The notes beneath the pieces are model-generated. The model had not been told where the DNA came from and ran no database searches. It worked only from the letters and a program-made list of their open reading frames with translations. A stretch of DNA of 64,000 bases from the human T2T-CHM13v2.0 reference genome, Homo sapiens. Position numbers and translations under genes: made by a program. The DNA lies in the NCBI RefSeq assembly GCF_009914755.1, contig NC_060943.1, one strand, 5' to 3'. Shown here piece by piece: positions 36,950-49,037 of this stretch; within the stretch, counting starts at the first letter, position 1; each line of letters opens with the position of its first letter.

Positions 36950-37021
36950 TTGGCTCTGAGTCGGAATTGCCTGCAGATGGCTCGCAGAAGCTTGATGGCA
37001 TAAAAACATTGTTTTTTGAAA
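36950..37021 (-). CDS. RANBP3: Candidate in-frame RANBP3 cassette exon between exons 5 and 6 (not in the canonical 567-aa protein)
   Basis: cctccttgtcaacag|72 nt|gtgagc; phase 1-1, no stop; encodes VSKNNVFMPSSFCEPSAGNSDSEP. Confidence 0.7.
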
Positions 37022-39061
37022 CTGTTGACAAGGAGGTGCAGGCGGGGGAGGGAACAAGAGGAAAAACAGCATGAATGGGTGGGGTGGACGCTCAGAGATC
37101 ACCTCTCCCACCTGAGGGGTGGATTCTCACGTCCCACGGGAGGAGACGGAACAGCACGCAAACAGGGCATTCAGTCTTTCCCGAGAACAGCAAACCCCAA
37201 GACTCTCTTTACAGCACTACGAGGGTCTCCAGCCCGACGGCCTTGATCTGTCTGATGACTACAGTCAACTCTGGTCAACTGGGGGCACCCCCTTGTCCCT
37301 GCACCTCTGCAGGGGCAGCCGGCAGGGGAGATATCAGATGCTCCAGGCCACATTGGAGGCCCTGACTCCTCCTCACCTGTCAAGGCTTGTCCATGGGGTT
37401 CCCCCTCCCCCACCTAAGATCTTCCTTCACCAGGGCAACTGCTTCCCAGGGTGTGGGCCAGCCAACAGGTTTCCACAAATGAAGTGGAATTCGTAGGGGA
37501 AGAACTCACTCTACGCAGAATGGAACCAAAGACAACACTGTTCAAATTATTGGTGCCCCTCACGCCTCCAGTTACCCTGGAGAGCTGAGTGTCTCTTGGG
37601 GGCTGCTGCGCTGGACGGGAGGTGATTTGAAGAGGGCCGGGGAGAAGAATGGTGGTCCCTCGCCTCTTTAGCCTACATTCACAGCCCAAACACCTCCTCT
37701 TCTCTATGCTGGTTTTCGATACAGCAAGCATGGTTCAGCAGTGGGCAGTGAGGGGGAAGGAATAAAATCAACGAGCAGGAAGTGGAGCTCCCTCATTCCA
37801 CAGAACACCTATCCACAGGTGCAAAGATCCTTAAATTAAAAGGATGCCAACTGCAGCCTGGACTGCAAGCCATCTGGACAGTTCCGCAATATCCAGTCAG
37901 CAGATGACAGTGTAATAGCACTGGAAAACCTAATGCAGCTGTGCAAAAAGACGCGGCCATGTCCAAAACCAACGTGATGGGAAAAGGGCATGAAAACAAG
38001 GGTGTGGAGGGGTGACTTGGGAAGGACCCTGGCTTCCTACGCTGTGTGTTCCTGTAACGCATGCGTGACTTCTGTAAGCAGAAACAACTTGACATCCTGA
38101 AGGTTCAGGACTGTAAAATGATTTACATGAACTTTCCAGGAATGGATTTCAGTTGGGTAACCAGAGAACCTGTCTAAACACTCATGTATGTCCAAGTTGG
38201 CACTACAGACAGCTAAGACAGAGGCCACGAGACAATGCCAGAGTGGGAAGTCAAGACGGGGACGAGAGAATAGCCCTGCAGTGGCATTTACCCTCAAATC
38301 TGCAGAGTTGTGCCCATGGCAGGAGGCCGGGCTTTCTGAGTGTTATATTAAGTAGTGCTGACGGCATTATCTGCCTCAGGAACCTCTCTCCTGTACCAGC
38401 CTGCATGAGTCCCCAGGCCGACCTCCAGGCCTGTGCTCAGACCAGGCCTCACGTCCAGGGCCTTCAAGCCCTTTAGCCTGCCCTGCTCCACAGTCCGAGC
38501 CTGGCCCACCCTTCCAGGCCCCCGCAAGCTCCTCTCCTCTGGGAGTTCACAGCATCACACACGGGCCTCTGCTGGGGCCTCCTGGCTTGCTGGTTACCGT
38601 GTGTGTGTGCATGCTTGTGTGTACATGCGTGTGTGTGTCTGGGCTACTGCACTGGACTGCCCGTGCTGGGCATGCAGCTGAGGGGTTGGGAGAACACCCC
38701 ACCCCTAAACCCCCAGTCTGTGTCCAGCCTTGGAAAGAGGAGATGTAATTAACAGGCAGAGGCCCCAACAGGGCTCTCAGTAGTCAACCCCTTTCCTCCA
38801 TTTCAGAGGGACGATCTCTTCACAGTCTTCCTCAGGCCACCAAGTCTCACCATGCCGTCAGTGTCACTGATTCGAGACGAGGACCCCTGATGCTGCACTC
38901 TGGACAAGCTCTCACCTCACTCCTGACAGAGCCCGAGCCTCAGATCGACTCTAACCGGAGCTGGGCAGGAAGGACACAGCAGACGGATGCGCGGCACTGA
39001 GGGGAATGGCGGGTTTGTAAGCATAAACGCTTTCACCATTCCGTAAGTTTGCATATTTTAC

Positions 39062-39148
39062 CTGACTGTGAGGGTGGGAACTGGGTTAAAGAGGATGTTC
39101 TTTCTCGCTTGACAGGAGGGCAGTAATTTCCATCTTCTCTGTCAGAAT
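39062..39148 (-). CDS. RANBP3: RANBP3 exon 5 (NLS PPVKRER and RxRxxS phosphosite)
   Basis: DSDREDGNYCPPVKRERTSSLTQFPPSQS; 87 nt. Confidence 0.96.
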
Positions 39149-39239
39149 CTACAGAAAATGATGAGAAGAGGAGGAGAAAAATCAGGTTGCTTCTGTCTTT
39201 AAAACTGAAGATGGTCAAAGGTGTTAGAGAGCTCCTTAC

Positions 39240-39276
39240 CTTCTCCGCCTTCAGGACTGGAGCCGCCAGCTGACCT
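39240..39276 (-). CDS. RANBP3: RANBP3 exon 4
   Basis: RSAGGSSPEGGE; 37 nt; separated from exon 5 by a 91-nt intron. Confidence 0.94.
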
Positions 39277-39944
39277 CTGAAACAAGGAGCACACAGCCGG
39301 GGTCAGAGGGCATCAGGCTCACGGCAGCCGAGCAACTCTCGGGGCCGTAACAAATATCCCAACATGCACCACGGGCAGCTAGTTCCCAGAGCCCAGCACC
39401 CGAATGAGAGCCAGGATTTTAGCCTAAAGCTCAAACATCCCCCCGATGAACCTCTGCACCCAGCTTCACAAACACATGCCAAGGAATCCTCTCAGTGGCT
39501 GGGAAAGCATCCGCAGCACCCAGATCAGTTTCTTGTTTCTCCACAGGTTACGCTAACTGGCCTGCCACCCCTAAACTCAAACACAGCCGAACCTCATCTG
39601 GCCCCCGTTCATTCTGCCAAGAGCTGAAAAGCGACCCTCTCCACCCTTGAGGGCAGCGGACTTGTGTAAAATGGTCACATCACACCGGATAGGAGCGATT
39701 TCCCTTCCTTGCCCTGGAACATTCTACCATGCACATCCTTGTCTCAGGGTCGGCTGTTATTCCCAGAGCAAGCAAGAGCTTGGATGTTTTGGACCAAAGC
39801 CCACTTGCGAAGTGTTTAGAACAGAACCATCAAAGACAAAGCCCAGTCACAGGCTGAGGGAAGGCTCCTGAAGAATTCCCTATTCCACAAACTTTAGCTT
39901 TAGAGTGTGAACAACCAGCAACCAAGACTTAAAATGGGCTCATG

Positions 39945-40480
39945 ACCAGCCTGACCAACATGGTGAAACCCTGTCTCCACTAAAAATACAAAAAAAAGTA
40001 GCTGGGCGTGGTGGTGCACGCCTGTAATCTCAGCTACAGGCTGAGGCACAAGAATCGCTTGAGCCCGGTAGGCGGAGCTTGCAGTGAGCCGAGATCACAC
40101 CACTGCACTCCAGCCTGGGCGACACAGCGAGACTCTGTCTCAAAAAAAAAAAAAAAAAAACAAAAGGACTTAAAATGGACTGGGTGCAGTGGCTCATGCC
40201 TGTAATCCCAGCACTTTGGGAAGCTGAGGCAGAAGGATCGCTTGAGCCCAGGAGTTTGAGACCAGCCTGGGAAACATGGTGAGACTCTGTCTTTATAAAA
40301 AACCCAACCACATAAAAATCAGCTGGGCAGGGGGGTGAATGCCTGTAGCCCCAGCTCCCAGGGAGGCTGAGGCAGGAGGATCACCTGAGCCCGGGGTCTG
40401 AGGCTGCAGTGAGCTATGACCATGCCACTGCACCCCAGCCTGAAGGACACATCTCATCTCAAAACACAAACAAACTCAAA
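39945..40480 (+). mobile_element. 5'-truncated Alu followed by an AluJ-like element
   Basis: Alu consensus; gacttaaaatgg duplicated at ~39926 and ~40167. Confidence 0.88.
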
Positions 40481-42769
40481 ACTTAACATGAGGAGTGTTT
40501 ATCCTCTCCCCCAACACAATCCCTCATTTATGTCCTGTCTCAGAATTTAGCAGCCCAAAGCGCACCGATGAGTGAGGGCCGCTCCTCCTGGCGCGCTCCC
40601 TGCAAGAGCAAGCAGAAAAGCCAATTTTCTTATTTTCTAAAATGCTCCTCAGAGGTCAAGTTTAGCCAAATGAGGCCCGCCTGCCTCGACGAGCTGCTGG
40701 GGCTTAGGGGAGGTGATGCATGTGAAAGTGCTTTGCAAACTGCAGAGTGGCCTGGGAAAGCAAACTGCAATAAATAAAACTGAGGAGCACAGGAGCCAAG
40801 GCAGACCCCCCTCAAGTCAGGGCGATGCATTTTCCCATAAAGGGCCAGACTGTCGGTACTGCTGGCTTTGTGGGCCACATTTGGTCTCTGTCATATATTC
40901 TTGTTTTTGCTTTTATAATCCTTTAAAAATGTAAACATCATCTTAGCTTACAGGCCCAGGCCTGGAGCTTGTGGCAGTGAGAGCCCAGAGAAGGTAGGAA
41001 GTTGACTTGAAGTCACATAGCTCGTTCACGACGGTCAGAAAAAAAGCTACCCTGGACTTTCTCCTCCCGTGTGAGCTGACAACATGGGTTTGTGTGGGAA
41101 AAGCAAGCCTGGGCTTCTTGCTTGAGGCCCGTGTTCTGAGGGGGCTTTGGAAATGCTCCCAAGGGACTGTACGAGTGAGGGCTGATTATCACTATCCCCA
41201 CGAGATGACATCATCAAAGTGTGTGGGAAACACAAAATCCTTGTAACACAACAGTGGGTTCTATTAGTCACTGGGGCAATTGTGAAAATACCACTGAGTC
41301 CAAAACGCAATGCCATCAAGCAGCCAGGCCCTAGAGTCAGTACCAACTCCAGCCAGGCCAAAAGCACGAGGGGTGCAGAGGCTGCCTGGTCCCTGCTGCC
41401 TCTTGAAGGCCGGAAGAACTCAGTGTATTCCGGCTCTGCCATTTTCTACGGGTGAAACCTTACCTTGCCCAGCCTTCGGTCTCCTCACCTGGAAAACAGG
41501 GATGCGTGAGGTGACAGGCAGGGCAGGTAAGGTGCTCAGCCCAGTGCCCTGCACGCTGGGAGCAGATGATTATAATGCTCGTGACCCACACCTGATGAGA
41601 TCAAACTCCCAACCGATGTAAAATCTGGAGGCTACGCTGGGGGCAGGGCTTTAGAGCTCAAGGCAGGCATGAATAGGGAGTCAGGGGTGTGGAGTGAGTC
41701 CTGGGTGCAGCCAGGAGGCGAGGGACCTGGACTGGGAACCTTTCTAGAAATGCCAGAGCCTGGGGTTGCATCTGATAGTGCTGAGCTGTCACCACCTTGT
41801 CATCCCTTTTCTTGGGTGACATCTGTGGGGTGGGTACAGGCTCCAGCTATCGCTTGCCCTCATACTTAGCAAAGGTGACAGAAGTACAGAGAAGCAGCAT
41901 CTGCCCACCCGGGCAGCCAAAACCTTTGCTCATCCAGCCAAGCCTGGGCATCTCATGCCTGGGGCAGCTACTGCCCTCGACGGGCCCTTACATCAGCCTC
42001 CCAGCACAGGCAGCTGTGAGAAACAACACCTGACACAGCCTCCTTGCCCTCTGGGTAACCCATGCCCTCCAGAGCCCTGTAGGCTGGCTTTGGCCTCCAA
42101 ATGCTCTGTGCAGGTCACTGTCTGAGGCCAGCAGCCTCTGCACAGCCCGATCTCCTCGGACACCGCACTGCTCGCCTCACCTCTGGCTTCCCTGGCCTCA
42201 CCAGTCCTCCCATCCATTCCTAACAGCAGGCCCAGGACATCCCCACCCCCAAGTCCCATCCTGTGGCTCTAGACTTTTCTCTCCCCTTTTAATCCAACGA
42301 GCCTTTCAACTGTACCAAAACCCTTACACGGTGTCCTCCCTGGTCCTGGGGGATCTGTCCCTTCCTAAATGACTTCTGGGACCAGGAGATGGCCATACCC
42401 TCTCTGGCCTCTGTAGACGACCTGCTCTCTCATCCAGTGACGCCCTCCTTTTCCCTCAAGCGAGAATGAACCCCTTGGTGAGGTGACCTCCAGGCCCCTT
42501 ATACTCTTTCTCTGTGGCTTATTCTGATCCTGGGAGTTGTGTCAGGGACTCCACTAGACTTAGGAAGGAACTGGACCTCACAGTAGAAGCCCGTTTAGCA
42601 TTTGTTCAACAAAAGACACTGCATCCCAGGCCCCTTGCAGGCCACGGAGAAGCCGAAGACCTGAGTCCAGCCTTACAGAAGGAACTGGTCCCCGAGCTCC
42701 CTCGTGTCTCCTCACCCCTGCACGGGATGTTTCTCCTGACATCTCCACACCTAACTCTCTGGCTCAGTG

Positions 42770-43160
42770 GTTATCTAGGTTAATTTCCACATGTGTCAAT
42801 TTCCTAGTTTCCGTTTTTGATTTCCAATTTTATCTCCTTGTGGTTGGAGCACATACTCCATATTTTGATCCTTTAAAATTTGAGATGTGTTTGGTGACCT
42901 AACAAATGGCCCCCCATGGAGAATTTTCCATGTGCACTTGAGAAGGCTGTGTACCCCACTGTTTGGGTGGGGTGACCTATATGTCTGTTAGGTCTGGTTG
43001 GTTTTTGTGTTGCTGAAGTCCTGTTTCCTTACTGATCTTGTCTAGATGTTCTATCCATTACTCAAAGTGTGGTACCGAAGCCTCCAACTCTTACGGTTGA
43101 CTCGACTATTTCTCCCTTCAGTTCTGTCCGTTTTTGCTTTGCGTATTTTGGGGGCTCTTT
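42770..43160 (-). mobile_element. Antisense L1M ORF2 fragment
   Basis: tggagaattttccatgtgcacttgagaag, ctatatgtctgttaggtc, tcctgtttccttactgatctt are typical antisense L1 motifs. Confidence 0.8.
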
Positions 43161-44458
43161 TGACGATACCCATGCCTCTCAGGGATCATGGATGCCATGG
43201 ATGCTCTCCCCAGAGCAGCATGTCCAGGTCAAGAGTGTGGCTCCGGGGCTCCCAACAGTCTCTTGGGGTCTACTCGTGGCTCTAGAAGCAGCCCCGGGAA
43301 CACTGTGGTGCCCCCAGGCATTCTGCACTCATCCTCCCCTTCACCCACCACCTCCAACCTGCCAGCAAGTCCCATTAGCTCTAGCCCCCCGAGAACGTAC
43401 CTTTCCCTCCTGCCTCGGTGGCCTCCTCAGGCACAGGGTCCCCTCTGCCACCAGGCTCTGGCCATGTGGCCTCCTGTTTTCTGAACATGTTGGCTGCTCC
43501 TGCCTCACTGAGTGTTGCTCCTCCGTGGGCGCCCTCCCTCCAGGTCCCTGCGTGTCTGAGATGCTGTGAGCACCACCTCTAGGGTAAGTTCATGCTCACT
43601 CCCTATCCCAGCCCCTCTCGGGAGCTACCCTGTTTTGTTCTATCACATAGGGAAATGATCTCAGAGGTGTCTCCTACAACACAGTTCATTCACGCGACAC
43701 CCGGGACACCTGCACAGAAGGCACTTGCTGAGGACTTGCTGCGTGGGTGGAGTCCGTGTCCTCCACCATGTCCCCTTCAGTGACCTTGAGAAGAATGGGT
43801 GCCTAGGCAGACAAGATTCAGATGCTGCCTGACCCCTGATCTCAGGAGACCCTCAAATCCGTGCCCCAAATATCTTCTAAGAGCCTGCCTGCAACAAAGT
43901 GGGGGGCCTCTTGGTCCTGGAAAGGCTGGGAAGCCAAGGCTTGGGAAGAACAACACAGGAAGATTCGACAGGGGAACCTCCTGCCAGCAACTCTCCACTA
44001 AGACCCAGCGGAGGGAAGCAAGAAGACAGAACGCGTGCCTGTGGACAGAGCTCTTCTAGAATCCTAACCCGCTGGCCACGTGAGGTGCCGCCTGCCCTCT
44101 GCCCCAATCCAGGCCTCCACACCCTGCACCTTGCTGGGATGGAGGGCCTCTCCTCTCAGGAGACGTTGGAACTTGCTGTCCAGCTGGCTTGTGCTGCCTT
44201 CTCCAAAGCAGGAAATGGTTTGGGGTGAAGGAACCTTTAAGCCACCCAGCCCTGCACACAGCCAATGCCAGCTCCACATTTTCCATTTCCTAGACTCAGC
44301 AGCCCAGGAGTCTGGACCTGTTTGGTGTCAAGGCAGTCTGGGGCCACCCCTCACCCCAAACAAGGCAGTGGGTCCTCAGGGGTTGGTCCCGAACAATGCC
44401 TGGGACACACTCAGGGTCAGCCCCCAGAGGTCTGCAACCAGAGCTCAGGAGGATTTTA

Positions 44459-45909
<1,451 letters not shown>

Positions 45910-48833
45910 GATAAATTCCCCCTAGAAAACTGGCAACCAAGCGGTGTACCAGGGCCTCAGTGAGTCTGGCAAGTTAGAAAACCTGGCTGGTCATGGCTGG
46001 ATACCTGGGATACAAAATAAATGATGGGCCAGTTCAATGCTTTTTATTCTGTGGCAGAGGCAACCAGCTCAGAAATTCTTGTCAAAAGGGCAGGCCCTGA
46101 GAAAAGCAAGTGAGAGGTGGCTTCCAAAGTTGAGGGGTGCTGAGGGTCAAATCCTGTGCAGGGGCTGGAAGGTGGGGGGAAGCTGTCTGGCCAGAGGGAT
46201 TCATTCCAGAACCTCCTTAAGCTCCCTGGTGGGTCTAATAAACATATCTGAAGCTCGGCAGGTCCTTGGCAGGGAGCTTCAGTCCAGTACAATTCCACCA
46301 GGCTCGCAGTGAGTGCCCAGAGCTGCCTGCTTTCTCCACATCAAACAGAGAACTTAATCGGGATGTGGTTTGGTCTTCTTCAGACTGTCTTCTGAAAGCC
46401 AGGAAGTCTGATATATAGAGACTTTTTCCTGGTACTGACTCTTCCATGGCCAGGGTTCTGACGAGACTAAAAGATGGTAAGGGCCCTTTACAAGTAACAA
46501 TTCAGCGCACCACTGTTTATCATCAAGAACTCTCAGCTTTATATTCCCCCCAGGGACCATGGAATAAAGTGAACAGACTAGATGTGATGGATGAGACCTG
46601 CCGGGTAACATGGGGGTGGTTTCCTGAACACCAGTGTGATACAGAGTGAGACCCAAATTTCTTCTGATGCAAACGAAAACGGTCTGAGTTCACACACACG
46701 AAAAAGGCTCAGGCCAAGAAGCAGTTGGCATCGGGTTCCATCTGACTTGATCTATGGCCTAACTAACCTAAAATAAAGTTTACTTTGCTCTGAGCAGGCC
46801 CGATTAGTAGAGAAAGCCAATTAACAGGAGCCCTTAGCAACCAGTCAGGGTGTTCTCTGCAGACAGCCTGAGGGAAGAGCCCTGGTCAGCTCAGAGCTGT
46901 CACAAGGGGCTTGACAATGGCTCTCCTGGGGCTCCTGAAAGTGGGTGTCCAAAAGTTACGAGTGCTAAAACTACAAGGTGCATGTTATGCACATGGCCAC
47001 CAGAGCTACATTGGAACATTTACATACTGCTCTATGCAGCCTCCAATCCTGGCTCTCCCACGGTGCCCACAAGCTCATCCCAAGGCTCCCTGCCATACAG
47101 CTTCACCTTCCACCTGCCAGTGTGGGGGACTGCTTGAATTTCTCAGGATCAGAGCCTCAGACCCAAAGTCCATGAGAATCAGGATGCTGAGATCTACCTG
47201 GGCTGGCCAGGCCAAAGAGATGAACATGTGGACGAGGTGAGGCCCCTCCAGACACTCCAACATGGGCCTCTGTGAGAAGTACGCAGGGCACAGAACAGCG
47301 CGTGTGCTCTTGAAGAGCACCTGCTGTCACAAAAACTCTGTGATGCACTTGTTTGCTACTCTCATTCTAGAACCTGTCACCTCTGCAGCTGGAGAGTCCT
47401 ATGTGGGCTGCATTTTTCAAACCCAGGCACCTGCAGAAGGCCTCTGGGGGGGACCCTAAAGACCATCTGTTCCCAGACAGCTGAAGACGGAAACCTGAGA
47501 ACACCATTTCCTGTGCTCTCAAAGACCAGAGGTGCAGTAACTCACCATACCTGACTCAGGAGAAGTTTCCGGCAGCCACTCTGCCAACAAAAGAAGGACG
47601 CAGCCACCTCCTAATTCTTGCTCTGGCGGCAGTCACGTGCGCTCATGGGAGGGCTGTACTCCCAGTGCACTGTGGGTCAAGTGCCTCCTGGCTGGACTCC
47701 TTCCCGCGGCTCCCGTGTCTCACTACCCCAAACCCACTTTTGTGCCACGAAGGCCACTACTGCCGTTACCTCCCCCACACCCATAGCCTATGGCACAAGT
47801 AAAGACTGTTGCTTCTTTTTCCATCACACACTGACTCCTCCAAAATGTTAACACAGGACTCCAACCCACCCCTGGCTGAACAGTGCTTCCTAAGTGTCCT
47901 GAGGTTTGGTGGCTGTAGCTGAATGTTAACAGTTTCCTTAAAAACCGGGGACTGTTGTGTGCTAGAAAGAACGCTGAGGTCCGGGATAAGGTTTGGGACC
48001 GTACCAGCCTGGAAGGCTGCCTGGTGCTCAGGCGGTAGAGCTGGGTCCCTTCTTTTCTTGTTAAGAGTCCTTTTTCCCTGTCCTGAGAATAGGGGTCTTC
48101 TGTCATGAGTTACCTACAGGATGGAGTTTTCAATCCTGAATGTAGGATAATGTTTACCTTTCCCAATTTATCAAACTTCAAAAACCCAAGACATTTCTTG
48201 TTCTTGAGAGTTCACAATCTTCTCCACCTATAATCTTCAAAAGGCTTCTTAATACAAAGATAAAGGGCTCAGGGGATTCCTTCTGGGTTCAAAGGAAGAG
48301 TCTTTTCTTCTTCCTGCTTTGATTGAAGACAATCAGTTCACTGCCTTAACCACAGTCCAAACACAATCAGTCTTGCAAAGCAATCTGTGTTGGAGAGTGC
48401 CTCTTCCTAGATATCAAAGGAAGCCTTAGCTTCTTGGGTTTCTAAGACGCTAAACTTGAATGCCCGCATTCAGGGAAACAAGAAGGAAAAATGGAAGGAG
48501 GGTGAAGGGGTCAAATTAGGTTTGGAAGGTTCTACTTCACATGACTCAATTCCTCCTGACCCCTCGTGTCTTTTTTGGGAAACAGGATTCACCTCTTGCT
48601 GTGGGTATATATTCCCACGGCAATTTAGAAAAGGCTAAAAGGGGATTCGATCTTCCCTGACTTTTCAGCAGCATGAATTAAAGCGAGCTGGAAGAAATCC
48701 TTGTCATCTTTTAAGTTACCATTAGCTGCTTACAATTAGCTAGGGCCAGGATCTGAGGGACCCGAAGGGAAAGTGGCTGGTCTGGGTTGGGCTCCCCCTG
48801 GGCGGTAGGAGTGCCGGGTAGGTGTGGACTTAC

Positions 48834-49037
48834 CCCTGCCAGTTCTCGCGGAAAAGGAGGAAGCTGGGCTTCAGGAGCGGGAGGCGGAGGAGTGCTGGCT
48901 GAGGCGCCAGCAGGGGCAGGAGGTTCTAGGGCATGCTCGCCAGCTGACTCGGGGTGACCCGTGCCATGGTGGGGGGCCTCAGCCTCCCCCCGAGGCTCCT
49001 CTCCCGAATCCGACAAGTTTTTTTGCTCTGCAGGGGA
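48834..49037 (-). CDS. RANBP3: RANBP3 exon 3 (68-aa Pro-rich cassette exon)
   Basis: SPAEQKNLSDSGEEPRG...PPFPRELAG; 204 nt, phase 0-0; skipping gives 499 aa. Confidence 0.93.
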
